Shown piece by piece: positions 48,345 through 62,300 of a stretch of DNA of 64,000 nucleotides. The notes beneath the pieces were generated by a model. That model saw only the letters and a list, made by a program, of their open reading frames with translations, made no database searches and was not told the DNA's origin. The DNA is from Welwitschia mirabilis (taxonomy: Eukaryota). The DNA lies in NCBI GenBank assembly GCA_051453625.1, contig JBOZIK010000001.1, positions 19,296,501 to 19,360,500 of the forward strand, written 5' to 3'. A program made the position numbers and the translations under genes. Every line of letters starts with the position of its first letter. The first letter of the stretch is position 1.

Positions 48345-51300
48345 TGGTTGAGCTAAATCAGTTCAAAAGACATGGAGTATGGGACTTGGTTCCTAGACCA
48401 AAAGGTAGACACATCATTGGTATTAAATGGGTTTTAAAAATAAGTTAGATGAAACAAGTACCATTGTGCAAGACAAAGCTTGATTGGTGGCACAAGGCTA
48501 TAGTTAGGAGAAAGGTATTTATGGTGAGACCTATGCCCTAGTGGCTAGGCTTGAACCCATTAGACTTTTGTTACCTTATGGTTGTGCTATGAATATTAAG
48601 TTATTTCAAATGAATGTAAAAAGTGCCTTTCTCAATGGATACGCAAAAGAAGAAGTGTTTGTTGAACAACCATCTAGTTCGTTGATGTTAACTACCTTGA
48701 ACATGTGAAAGCTTAAGAAGGCGTTGTATGGGCTCCAACAAGCTCCTAGAGCTTGGTATGAGAGGTTGTCTAAAATCGTAATAGAGCAAGGCTACAAATG
48801 TGTAATATTGATCCTAATCTGTTGATTAAAAAGTTTGGTAATGATACTCTTATTATTCAAGTTCATGTAGATGATATAGTTGGTGTAACAAATAGAAACT
48901 TGACATTAGAATTTTCTAAGCCCATGCAAAAAGAGTTTTTGGTCAATCAAAATATGTCACAGAACTTCTTGCTAAATCCAAGTTTGAGAATGCCAAGGAA
49001 GTCATCACACCCATGTCTACTTCAACTAAGATGAGCAAGGATGTTTCAGATAAATCAATACATCAGAGGCTCTATAGAGGCGTGATAGGTAGCTAATTGT
49101 ATTTATCATCAAGTAGGCCTGATACTGCCTTTAGCATAGAATTCTATGCAAGATATTAGTCTAATCAAAAAGAATCCTGCCTTATTTTAGTTAAAAGAAT
49201 ATTTAGAAATCTTAAGCATACATGTAATTTTGGCATTTGGTTTCCACGAGACACTTCACTTGATCTGTTTGGGTATAGTGATGCAGATTGGGTTGAATGG
49301 AGGGATGACTGAAAGAGTACAAACAATGCATGTTATTTCCTAAGTAATTGCCTCATAACATGGAGTTCCAAGAAACAAAGTTCTACATCTTTGTTTACGA
49401 CAAAGGCTAAATATATCAGCTAGCTATTGTTGCACACTAATGTTATGGATGATGCATACTCTGCGTGATTATGGGATGGATATGAAAAGAACTCGATTAT
49501 TGTGTGAAAATGCTAGTGCAATTAACATTCTAAGGAACTTGGTTCAACACTCTTGTAGAAAAGATATTGACATAAGGTACCATCTCATTAGAAAACAAGT
49601 TCAACAAGGTGTGAGAAATTTGGATCACGCGAGTATTGAGAAAAAACTGGCAGATATGTTCACAAAGGCTCTGTCAGAAACAAGGTTTTAAGCCTTAAGA
49701 GTAGAGTGGGGCATAGGAACATGCTCAACTGAGGTATGATTTAATTATTGATAAATTATAACATTAGTACATATATGATCAAGTTTTTTCAAATACTATG
49801 AGCATGTATTTGTTCTAAAACTGGTTTTTACATTCTTATCTTTCATATTACCTTCATTCTTGATCTTTATATCTTGTTCATTTGATTAGTCAGTTCTTTC
49901 TCATCAATTAAAGATCTTGGTATTTGTCTTCTCGTTGGAGTATCATCTTTCTGATGTTTTCTCTTGTATCTGGCTTATTCTATTTGATTTTCTTCATTTT
50001 TTGAGCTTCCAGGGATCCGAATGTCTGCACTTTAGGACTCTAGACGTACCTAGGCTTGAGATTGTTTGCCATATAAAAAGGTAGAATGTAGGGTAGATGT
50101 CTGCCCTCTAAAAGCTTGGATGTTTGCGATATTGGATTTTCTTAAAATTAAGTCTTTGTCAAAAAAAAGGGGAGGCGGTGTCAGAAACTTAGCCTATAAA
50201 GAGGATGTTCTCCCCTTTCTTCCTCATTGTGTCAAGATCATTTTGAAGAATAAAAAATGAGTTCTTTTGCTTTCAATCTTCATTTCTTTTCTCTTCTAGC
50301 ATTCTTTGTCTCTATTTCTTGTTCAATCATGCCAAGGGCCAAGATTCCAGTTTCAAGGAAAGACGGGGGAAAAGATAAAGAAGCCAAACCCGTATCTGGT
50401 TCTCCAAGGGCCAAGGCTATGAGGACTCAAAGCTTCAACAAAAAGCCTCTCACACTAGGAAGGGTAATCCTTCATGAATCTTTCAAGCATTACTTCAATA
50501 TTTTTCCAAGATTAGAAGAGCTTAACTGGATTTATATTCTAAACCCTCATACGCATGGAATGGTTACCCTTCTTCGAATGTTTTACTGCAATGGATCTTT
50601 TGAGAATCAATAGAATCTCTTTGTTTCAAACTTATATGACATTGACATTAAAGTAAATCTAGAAATGATTTCTTGTGCTCTCGATTTTCCATTAGAAGCA
50701 GAAAATTATGTTCATGTATCTTTAGCTTTAGTTGTTGGCAATATGGTTCCAAGGGAAGAACTTATCGATGTAACTTGTGAAAAACATGAGACTTGGAGAA
50801 CAACTATTCCAACAAGGCTTTTGCACCGGTTTGCAAGGTAATGTTTAGAATTATTTCAAGCAATCTTATTTCGAAACTTGGGCGTATGGGTGAAGTATCT
50901 TCTTTATGTGCTTATGTAATTTACTGTTGTGCAAGGGAGATCAAGATAAATCTACCACGGTGGATTTTAATAAATAGGGCATCTTGCACTTTAATGGAAT
51001 CAGCAACCCTTCTTATGTTGGTCTAGTTACAAAGATGTGTCAGGATCAGGCAGCCTTACCAAAAGTCAAGGATGAAATTCTCAAGCTGCACAAAAGCCAT
51101 TTAATGAGTCGTCCTTGGTTCGCATGACAATTGTTGATGGATCAAATCCTCCACCTCCTTCCTCTCCTTCAACTAGGCATTTCAAGCATAGGAGGTCTAG
51201 GGAATCCTCTCATGGTTAATCCTTTACTAAAAAAATGGTTCAAAAGAATGTCTTCTCAGATTTCAAAGATCAAACAGGCTCTTATAGAATTTGGTTGGAG

Positions 51301-52994
51301 GTTGTGTCAACTTCCTGCAGTAGTGGAAGCAGTGGCAATGTGGATGACTCTGATTGATTCTCTAATTAGTCTTATATCTATGTTTTCCTTCATAATCTCT
51401 TGTCACTGTGTGTCAGCTTGTGTGTCTTGGGTATTTTGTGTGCCAGTTTGTCTATCAATTAGTCTTATGGTTATGCTCCCATGTATGACGAACAATGATT
51501 GATATGTAATCAATAGTCATTGTCGTGCTTTAGTCTCATATTAACTTTCCATATATTTGTTTATCTTAATTGTGCTCACATATTAATTGTATCTCTTTGC
51601 ACGTATGCTTTCCCCGGTTTTCTTTTTAATTTTAGTGTGCAGGTTCAGTGATGCAAAAAGGGGGATAAAATAAGACAACAAATTCAAGATTTTAGGGGAA
51701 GCTTTTGGAATACAAATTCCGGTCTTATAGGGACCCAAGGAAAAGCTCTTGAAAGGGATATCAGTTCCAAGGGGAGATTGACTTCCAAGATTGTAAAATC
51801 AAGGTTTAAGGTTTCTCATCATTGAAAGGGGGAGATTGTACAAAGCGTGAGTTTTAATGATGCCACCATGATAAGATTGATGACAAGTTTGATAAGTTTA
51901 CCAGGTTTACGTGCAAGATGTGCTCACCATGTTTTGAAGATTGACGATTGGATGATTTGAAGTTGATAAACTTTTTCTGGACATCCTTGGTTTTAATAGT
52001 GGACATTCGTGTTGTGTATCGATGTACTTTAGCTCTCCAGGGTCCCAGACATTTCCACTCAAAAGGTCCGAACATCCCTTCTCCTCACAGATGATCTGTA
52101 TGGGGTTGTGATATGTTAACAGGTGCAGACATCCCACCTCTTTTCAGCCATCTTGTTTGGGGGGCTGCACCTTTGACAGGTGCGGATGTTGCCACTGTTT
52201 TAGTGTGGACGTCCCTACACCTTCGAGTGAAGATTTCCACACAAAACCAAAAGTTTGTAGTGTGGATGTCCCCACTCTGTTAGGGCAGATGTCCCCACTC
52301 CTGGACTGTTTCACAATGGCTAGTTTATGGCAGAAAGCTCAGGGATTTTAAAGATTGAGTCAATTGCAAACTTTGAGGCGATAGTGATGGACATTGTTCC
52401 AATGATCTAAGCTCTCATTGGTAGTAAAACAGGTGATGTTTAACTCCAAGGATCATAGAAATATCACTTCAACAGCTACGTTGCTTATGTGCTCTACAAA
52501 AGGACAGAAGCCAGTTTTTAGGTGTACCAACTGATTGACTGAATCTTACATTTTGTCTATTCTCTGTTCCAACTCAAAAATATTGTTATTTGTCTACTGC
52601 AATCAATTTGTAATATCAGTGCTTAAGGCATCTTTGCTTTTTTTGTGATTTTTGATGTGGTTGAGTCTAAAGCCAAGAAAAGACTCATTGTTGCAAAGGG
52701 TTGATGATCAGCCAGAAATCATCACCGTTGTAGAAGGGTTGATGATCAGCCAAAAAATCATCATTTGAAGGAGATTGAAGGGAACCAGCAAAGCCATAAC
52801 ATTTGATTCTCCCTAAAGAGTGAAGTAGACTGATAGCCGTACCACTTTAGATTTCTTGTGTGCTGGCCTCATTTTCTTTGCATTAGCCTTACTTGTTTGA
52901 CATTCATTCCACGAAAAATTGAGAAAAACTTATTTATATAGATTGTCTTCCCTATTCATCCCCCCTCTAGGGCTAACATTGCTAAGACACTACA
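48345..52994 (+). mobile_element. 5'-truncated SIRE-like Copia: RT-RNase H (48345-49740), extra ORF (50329-51360), multiple PPTs, 3' LTR 51837-52994
   Basis: ELNQFKRHGVWDLVPRP, IIQVHVDDI, GYSDADW, HSCRKDIDIRYH..LADMFTKAL. Repeated AAAGGGGGA tracts at ~51656, ~51770 and ~51826. LTR TGTA...CCTATTCATCCCCCCTCTAGG...TACA. Confidence 0.93.
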
Positions 52995-53098
52995 GTTTGT
53001 GTAAGGCAGGCTACTATTAGAATTTTGTTTTGCTCTTTTGAAACATACAAAACAAAGTGATAGCTCTACTTTTGTTTTCTGTTTTTTAAAATAAAAAG

Positions 53099-53465
53099 TG
53101 TGTAAAAATTGACAAACAAATGTAACACACAGAATAACATAGAGAAAAGAATTTAACAGAGTTTGACCTCCTTTCGACCTATAGCCTTAGGGAAAGCACA
53201 AATCTGTGCTGACAGCTTCAAGAGAAACCACCAAGGCAAATCACCTACTTAGAACTTCTGGCACAACTTTTGTGACAGTTCTTGAAAGACAAATGAATCA
53301 TGCTTCGATGCTTGCAGCTTCTCATATTCAAAACCTAGTGCCTTGCATTGTGGAGAAACCCCAATAAGCCCTTTACAAAATATCGCCTTTTTTAACAAGC
53401 GATGTATCATCCTAATGAAAATTTCCTTCAAGGTGCTTTTTAAAATTTAAGTGCCTGTTACAACA
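53099..53465 (-). mobile_element. Probable solo Copia LTR
   Basis: AATTTAACAGAGTTTGACCTCC motif is similar to the LTR at 25.8 kb. TG..CA ends; no clear TSD. Confidence 0.5.
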
Positions 53466-53699
53466 TGGGATACAACTACGAAAATATAACCAGAAAAACA
53501 TATCTTTGATTTCAGCTATGTAGGCCACACAGATAGTACAGGCTCACAGGAAGTTTTTGCCATCGATGGTGCAATGCATGGATAGGAGCTGGAGGTGGTT
53601 GAATCTTCTAGTTGTAGAACCAGTGTTGGGCAACAGAAAGTGGCACAGAAGTGAAGTAATCTTTATTCTGTATTTCAGGAAGTGGGAAGCCTAATCTAG

Positions 53700-54470
53700 T
53701 TTGCAATCCCTTTTGCCTCATCCAAGCATATACAACATTCTGTAGTAGAAAATGAAGAGGGTTACAGGAATGGCTTTTATAGGGAATAATAAAACTGAAC
53801 TGCTCCCCATGTGGGCACCAATGTTTTGTTCCTAAGAAAGAATGATGGGTAGAGGTTGTCTATGGGGTTTCAGACATTGATTAAAAAAATAATTAGAACA
53901 AATACCTGTGTCAAGAATTGATAAATTTATTGATCAGCTTCAGCTACCTACACTCTTGGGCAAGTTGGACTTCATGTAAGATTACGAGCAGGGATTGAGT
54001 TAGGGAAGAAAGTAGTATTGAAGAGTATTGTCAAGAAAAGGGTGGGTTTTTCCAAGTGGTTGTATGAGGCCATTTGGACTATATGTGCTTCTTCAACAAT
54101 GTTCATGCGACTTACGAATGAGGTACCTTGAGGACACTTTGATGGTTTGATTATTGTGTATTGCATGATGCTCTAGTCTTCAATTTAACTTGTGACGAAA
54201 GAACTTAGCAAATTGGCAGTATTCAAGGCTTTCCTGGACATTTATCTAAAGAGAAAGCTAAAGAAATATAGTTATGTGTAACAGGCTCATACATGTGGAG
54301 GCTCAGAAATGATTTGTAAAAGAAGTTTTTCAGAGTGGTCAAGGCCAAAGACCAGGATAGAAAAAGCTTGATAGGTGCATGCCAGTATTTCAGAGAGTTT
54401 ACTATCAGATCAAAATTTTACCATCTTAGATTAGTTGGAAGATACGATGCTCTTTTTCTGCTGGGGATGA
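53700..54470 (+). pseudogene. Highly decayed Ty3/Gypsy (chromovirus-like) RT fragment
   Basis: Remnants of SPC..VPKKNDG.R, (M)RPFGL..STMFMRLTNEV and a VY.DD-like region. Confidence 0.7.
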
Positions 54471-54784
54471 AGAATACTATTAATATCTAAGGGCACGGTT
54501 AATTGCTTTGAGTTCTGGATTTTGGAATCTTTGTTAATCCATTTAACTTTTTTCTAATGTTGAAGACCTTAATATGAGAAGCTGTCACATCTTATTTTGT
54601 ATCAGTTTTCTTAATTTAATGTAAGGAGCAGTCTGCTATAACATCATAGTGATACTGCTTGCTTTTGTAGAGGTATATTGGATGCAACTAAATTTCACTA
54701 GTGAGATTATGAGAATCTGACTTGCATGAAAAATTACTGATTTGAAAGTGTATGCTGTTCCTTACTTTAGAATGTGAATTGTAG

Positions 54785-54831
54785 GCCTTCAAGGAAACGG
54801 ACATCTGCTGCTTTAGAGGCTATTGATTCAG
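54785..54831 (+). CDS. Candidate downstream 47-nt exon of the coiled-coil gene (RPSRKRTSAALEAIDS)
   Basis: TTGTAG acceptor and CAG|GTACAA donor. The only stop-free frame is the one that completes the phase-2 end of exon 30169-30263. Confidence 0.5.
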
Positions 54832-54957
54832 GTACAATTGTACCTGAGAAAGAGCATACTGAAGATTTTTCAAAACAGGTACAGCTTTAGCTTTGCTTTT
54901 AATTCATACCCATTATTTAATCAAATTCCCATGTCTTTTTCCTTCTGTTTGTTTCAG

Positions 54958-55053
54958 GAACGTTCTGTGAATGTAGAGTCCATGGATTGCACTTTTTGTA
55001 ATAGTAAAAACGTGGGTAATAAAACCATAGCTGATGCACCTTCTGGTGACTGA
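54958..55053 (+). CDS. Candidate terminal coding exon
   Basis: Strong polypyrimidine TTTGTTTCAG acceptor. Reads GTFCECRVHGLHFL* in the spliced frame, or ERSVNVESMDCTFC...SGD* in phase 0. Confidence 0.45.
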   Translation, partial: ERSVNVESMDCTFCNSKNVGNKTIADAPSGD

Positions 55054-58000
55054 ATGGAGAAAAACTAGTATGCATTCTAGAATTTGTTTTCATTGCTTCA
55101 CCCACCTTGTAGTGGCATGCATGTCAAGTATCTTATGTTTGCCATATTTCAGGGTGATGAGCAGATTTAGGTCCTTGGTACAGAGAATATTTGAAGAGGT
55201 CATTGAATGATGTACCCCAGCAAATCTCATGGCAAATTTAAGATGAAATTTTAGGGATTTTATCTTTGCTTTGTTTTACAATTTGTTATACACAATTCAC
55301 TGTTTTCAAAATTTTGATCGACCCATTTAAGAATGACTACTAAAGGTTGTTGGCCTTCCTTTCAAGGGAAATCTCAAGGTATTATTAAATTTGTCTTATA
55401 TTTGTGATCTAGTCTCGATTTTACATTGATTACATAATCATTCTTGATATTTGGCAGGCGTTTTGACTCTCAACCATAAATATTTGAGGAGCCTTTCCAG
55501 TAGTTTTTGGGCGTTGCGAGGAAGTCCAGGAATTAACCCCCACACACACACACACACATGAAAAGACGTACCTGTAATCTGGATTTTATGTTACATCAGT
55601 TTCAAGGCCGCTTTACATCTTATCAAATTTATAGCATGTCTCAGCGCATATGGCTTTTTCCTTCTTTAAATGTTTGTTTATTCCGGAAAACATATTATAG
55701 ATCTTTATTGCTCTGACATACTTCAAAACTATTTTGTTTTTATTTGAAATATCAACAGGAAAAAAGGCTGAGTAGAATGCTTACAAATTTCCTGTACAAT
55801 ATGTATGCTCATCGAGTTTGTACACGTCACAGTTTGAACTCTCCCTGATTTTATATTTAATGAAATCTTTCTACTCAAGTCATTTATCAACTTGGCGCTC
55901 TCTCTTAGCCATGATACTGCTCCACTGCTGTGGAAAGGCATCGAATGGGCATTATGTTTTTTGTGGCACCCATTTAGTGCTTGCATGTACAGAGAAGTGA
56001 TGCTCTGTTTAAGATAAATAGGAAAACGAAATTAAATGGTTTTAAAACCACTTTCTCTCATCCATCAAATGGAATTCACTTTGATGAAACCTATTGGCTC
56101 TCCCATTATAGAATAAAACCAAGATGGAAGGGTATACTGGACAAGCAGACTAAGTTGAATCTGTGAAGCCTTAATAACCTTGAAAATAAATAATAAATAA
56201 CAATAATGGTTAACAATTTGAGTTGTGTTGATCTCTTTTGTGGAGAGGCGAAAACTCCTTTATCTATTAAAGATTGAGGAATCTTCAAGATTCATATGTA
56301 TGTTTTTAACATACACTGTCAAATTTGAAAACCCCCCTGCTTGAAGTACACTTATATTATGCTTGGTTGGAACTTATTGCCTTGGGTCAAGATCATGTTT
56401 CTTGTATTTTAGAAATTGTAACTGCTTTGTTCAGCTGTAAAGATCTAGAAGCTTAGATGAAAGCATGCACTTTTAACTCACGATAATTGAACAGTATCTT
56501 CAAACTGCAGCAATGACAGTGTGGACACAAGAAAAGGTAATAACCGACACACATATGTATGATCTAGAACTATCTCGATCATAAAATATATTAACTTTCT
56601 TAGTTAATATTTCTGTTCATTTTTCTACACATCTTTATCATGTTTCTTAAAACTGGCCAGCCCAAACTTACTTCTGCTGTTGTTTTTCCATCAGAAACCT
56701 GTCAAACATAGTGCTTATGCACACTATTTTAGTTGTGTTGTGGTGGAATGTTGTATGTAGAATATGAAAAAAGAGGCATCATTGAGAAAAAAGTATTTTC
56801 TTGGTATTTTGGGGGCATGCATAATCTTGTGAAGCATCTAAATTGGTTACTGAATTTGCTGTGTAATCTTCGTCGATCATTGTTTTTAATTTGTTCTTTG
56901 TTCCTATCTAGTCCCAAAATTGAACCCGTAGTTTTTTACCTTAGTTTGCAGGAAAATGCAAGTAAATGTGTTCTAAGGTACCCACTGATTGCATCTTGAT
57001 GGTTTATCACTGTTACCTGGCCGATTGTCAGTGGTGTCTCGAGATTTTACCCCAGGGCCTTCTAATTTCGTTTTCTAGAGTGGCATCTCAGCGATTTATC
57101 GCTCTCCCCTAGCAAGGCCGCCTGATTTTTTCAAAAGAAAATAATTTTTAAAAATTTTAAAAACCTATTAAAGGGATTTGATCTTTTTTAGTCTTTTTGT
57201 TTTTTCTTCTTCCTCTTGATCTTATGAACAACCTTTACAACACAGTCATGGTAGTAATAGGGTTTTTAGACCCTTGAAACATTTACATTATATAAATAAA
57301 TCATAATCATAAATATGTAAAATACATATTTCTGAATTTCCAAGGATAGCCGATACTTCTCCTAGGATCCTGTTTAAAAAATTTTTACAAAAAGGAGGCA
57401 AGGTAGAAGTTACAATCAGAAGATGCTAACTAATCAAAGATGTGATGTAATAAACATTGGGTAATTTCTTTGAGGAATTGACAAATGGTGATAGTACCTT
57501 GGAATCTAATCGGTCAACAGGAAATGATGTATATAAATCTAAAGAGAATCCATGAAAGTATAGAGTAATGCTTATTAATCTCTCTCTCCACTAAAATCGT
57601 CATACAAGTTTCAATCACAAGTTTGTAGTGATTAGATGGCCATTCATAGGGATTAAAATTTGCTAAAAAGTAATGATAAGTTGCAAGGAATCGACCTTTT
57701 TCTTTCTTAATGATTGTGGATTTAAGAAGAACACATCACATCATTTGACATAGCAAGTACAAGCAAGTACAAAACTAAGAAGCCTAGGACAAGGCAATGA
57801 AGATAGTGTATATCAAAAATAATAAAAAGAATAAAAAAAGAAAACTTTCACTAGTTAATATATTCGTGCAATTAAAGATAAACTCTTTGAAAGTAATAAA
57901 AGAGCTTTAAGCATCATTTGTTGCATGATCCTTGAGCGATAGAAAATAGCTCTTATATTTTTTTTACGCTATATGATGGTTATAGGTCATGTGGAGGTTC

Positions 58001-58069
58001 GTATAAAGGATATGTTGTACAACAACCAAATTCAAAGCAGTCCCTCATGAAATGGAGCAAGGTTATTGC

Positions 58070-59335
58070 AGTATGCAATTTTGCAATTCTTTATGTCTCA
58101 CTGAATTTTGTTAATCAACATTAGATATATTGCAAAACACGACACTGCAGTATAAATGGGAGTGACCCAAATGTCGTAAACTCATCGAAGGTGTGCGAAA
58201 GGAGGAGGAGAATTGATTTTCAAGGAAAATGTATCCAAAACTTGGGAATAATGTGAGAAATCAAACATACAATGCAATACAAATGCAATCTATTCTAGAT
58301 GAATACCTATCCAATTACCGAATCGACTTATCAAGAAGATTGGCCTTGCATAATCTACATCAGCCAGGGAGATTATCACTAACCGAGACCAACTTAGACT
58401 ATTGAGTGAGTCGAATAAAGTGCAATGCAAAATACTTCTAAACTATTATCGTCAACCTTAACGAAGGTTGCCCTTAAGACCTATATCGTTAATGTGATTG
58501 TCATCGAATCAAGAACAACATAAAGTATAAGGGATTAACAGTATAAATGCACAAAAGAAACAGAGTTTGTATTAAGAATCGAACCAGCATCTGGGTTACA
58601 AAAACAACAGCATCTCAATGGAGGATGCACAGCTTAACACCATGGCATCATCTTGCTGTAACTCACAAGATGGATCTCCCGCCCTTTGATCTCCTGTCAC
58701 GAGAATGTGTAATGCGTATTTTTTACAATCCTTTACGTCTTACTAAATTCTGTTAATCAAAATAGATATATTGTAAAGTACGACACACTAGTATGAATGG
58801 GAGTAACCCAAATGTCGTAAACCTGTCAAAGGCGTGCAGAGAAGGAGAATTGATTTTCAGAGAATATCGTATCCGAAACTTAGGAACAGTGAAGGAAAAT
58901 AAATAGGCAAGGCAATGCAAATATCACTTAACCTAGATGAACACCTATCCGATTATTGAATCGACATGTTAAAGATTGACCTTGTATAACCTAAATCAGC
59001 TAGAGAGATTGTCACTAACCGAGACCAACTTAGACTATCAAGTAAATTGAGTAAAGTGTAATGCAAAATGATTCTAAACTACTATCGTCAGCCTTAACGA
59101 AGGTTGCCCTTAAGACCTATATCGTTAATGAGACTGTCACCGAATCAAGAACAACATAAACCATAAGGGATATTGACAGTATAAATGCACAAAAGAAATA
59201 GAGTTTGTATTGGTAATCACACCAGCATCTGGGTTACCAAATAACTACACCTCAATAGAGGATGCACAACTTAACACCAAAGAAACATCTTTCTGCAACT
59301 CACAAGATAGATCTCCCAACTTTCGATCTCCTGTT
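58070..59335. repeat. Diverged tandem duplication (period ~642 bp) of the LTR end region
   Basis: TGTTAATCAA..TAGATATATTG starts at 58109 and 58751. CCTTAACGAAGGTTGCCCTTAAGACCTATATCGTTAATG is present in both copies. Confidence 0.9.
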
Positions 59336-62300
59336 AAGAGACTTTCCAATGCATTGAAGATGATAAAAGAGTCAGGGGAGGGGGAGAGGGGAGGGNNNNN
59401 NNNNNNNNNNNNNNNNNNNNNNNNNNNNNNNNNNNNNNNNNNNNNNNNNNNNNNNNNNNNNNNNNNNNNNNNNNNNNNNNNNNNNNNNNNNNNNNGGGTG
59501 TGGGATGAGGGGGTTTTGTTTATTTATACAACAAAAAAGGGGAAAATGTTACATAAAATGCACTGAAAAACGCGCTCAAATCCAAGAAGGAAATGGGTGA
59601 AATGGATGAAGGTCGGCTGGCCGTTTCAAGTGTCGTCCTAATTGTCGTGGGGACGATGGTACATGCATTATATTTGTCGTTCTGCATGTCGTGGAGACGA
59701 TCATGGAGACGAAACCCCTTTAGAAAAGATGACTTCAACGGTACCAGCTCTAGTTCACGTTAGCATTCCCATGTGGCTTGTGTAGTGTTGTCGTTTTACC
59801 TGTCGTGGGGACGACAAAGAGGACTCTCTTTGTCCTTCCAACTCAAGAGAAGATAGCCTTTAGCATTATTGTTCTTCCTCCAAAGCATTGAGCATAAGAA
59901 TGTGCCTGAAATGCCTTTAAATATGCAAAGAATTGCGTATTTTAGTAATCATCCATCAGCTCTCCATAATTTTTAGAATTATGTCTAAACTTGTACAAAT
60001 GTCTTACAAAATAGCTCATAACACTCTACCAAATACATATAATTTGGCAGAGCATCATAGTCCCCCACTTAAACTTTTTCAGTCACTAACAAAAACAGAC
60101 GAACAACTACAATTGCAAGCCAAATTGTCTTAAAAAGAATCAATTTGGAAATTATAAAACAGGATCATAAATAATCTCAAACATTTCACATAGCAAAAAT
60201 AACATGTAATGCATTATGTGTATGGAGTGAAAAATTTCAAAAATTATGTCTCATAAAAGCTCTAAAAATAACCTGAAAAATTATGAAAATGAGTCCTAAA
60301 AATGAGTCCTGCTCTCCCAAGAGAAAAACAATATGCCCGTATTAGCTAATGAAGCAAAGAAATCAGATGAAATTAGTAAGTCCAAATAAGAAGGTAGATG
60401 ATGGGTGTTTTTGAATTTTGATATTTGAGAAATTGAGTGCAAAACTGAGTGTAGAAATGTCAGATTTGAAAAATAGAGATGTAGGAAATATTCTTACAAG
60501 CATGGAAAGAGTAGACAATGAAAATGTGCTAATGAGGATGAAGAAGATCCATGAGTGCCCAACAAATGTGTCTTTACAATAATGATTAAGAACAGTGTTT
60601 AGAATTCAAAAAGATTGAAAATGAACAACACAAAATTTGCAAAGAAACTCACCTAATCAAGAAATCAACTCATTATTGAAAACTAGAAAAGAAAACTATT
60701 AAATGTTAAGGTTCTAAAATGATAAGAAAATACGAGCATGAATTTGAAATAACTAACTGAACAACGAAAGAAAACAAAAAGAATGAACATAAGGAACATA
60801 AAAAAGATAACCTACCTATCCTAAATTTTAATCTAACAGGCTCCCATGCAAGAAATCATAACATCATTTGATTTAAAATGCATGACTTCATGTATAAATA
60901 TGTAAATTTCCATTCAATAAGGGCTCTAAGTGATAAAGATCAAAGAGTTGCCCAAAAATGAACTCACCTGCTTACATATCAAAACAAACACCTGAAGCCT
61001 CAGAAATGAAATGATCATGTGGAAAGACTAATAGTGGAAGAAACAAGCAATGCCTCTGATAATACTAGGAACATCACTAATCCCATAGCCTCAAAGTTTT
61101 TATTATTTNNNNNNNNNNNNNNNNNNNNNNNNNNNNNNNNNNNNNNNNNNNNNNNNNNNNNNNNNNNNNNNNNNNNNNNNNNNNNNNNNNNNNNNNNNNN
61201 NNNNNNNNNNNNNNNNNNNNNNNNNNNNNNNNNNNNNNNNNNNNNNNNNNNNNNNNNNNNNNNNNNTCTCTCTCTCTCTCTCTCTTGTGCACAAAAAAAA
61301 GCATTTCACATGATCAAACACTCCAAAAGACAGGCTAAGTAATTAGATGAAAGACAGAAAAGAACATCCTTAAAAAATCTAAGACCTTTTCATCATTAAG
61401 AAAAACATAAAAAATAAAGCATCCTCCTTCAAAACAAAATTTGTAGACGTGTAAATGTCTTAAGATTGGGTGAATCCAATCTTACCACTATAAAATGCCT
61501 GAGTCAAAGACTAGTTATGGAAATAAAATAAATCTATAAGTCATGTTTAAAAGATAAGTAATGTCATAATGGCCTCCAAAGGAATAAACTAAGAGAAAAT
61601 TTAGACGATGATAAGTAAGAAGTCTTCCTCATCGAGGGGAACCTCCAAGGCTAGCGCTTCTATCATGTTTATATCAGAAGGTTGCTTATATATTTTCAAC
61701 CTTTGTCTATTAACTTTCTGAATTTTTTTAGTGGTTAAGTCAGAAATCTCAATAAAGACATTAGAATGTACTTTTGGGCTCATAACAAATTGAAGGTTGC
61801 TCCTGCTATCCAGCCTAGAGCCTTGAGCATGAGGTTAACTTGTTATGTAGAAGATGTACCCTAATGTTGTATAACAAGACTAGTTAACCAGGTTTAAAGT
61901 TCTTATGGATCAACTTTTTATCATGTTTAAATCTACTTTGGGTTTTGTGAATAAGTTGACGATGAATAACTCGAATTCATTTTTCATCTAAATGATCTAG
62001 TTCAGCTAAACGAGTTTTAAGATTTTCTTCTAAATTCATAAGATTAAGTTTATAGGTAGAACGATAAGAATTATAACAAACATCAACAGGTAAAACACAG
62101 ACTTTACCATATACAAGTTCGTAGGGTGAGAAACCAAGTGAATTACGCCAAGTGGTATGGTAAGCCCAAAGAACATCATTTAGTTTAAAATCCCATGACT
62201 TCTAATTACTAGAGACAAGTTTTTGAAGCATTTTTTTGATTTCTTTATTTAGCATTTTTAGCTTGTCCATTGGCTTAAGGATGGTAAGCACAAGCTACTC

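Noticed and set aside
55540-55558. (CA)n microsatellite (also ~34896 and (CT)n at ~61267)
   Set aside because: Ordinary simple repeats.
57020-57380. Possible small MITE
   Set aside because: TIRs and TSD could not be defined with confidence.
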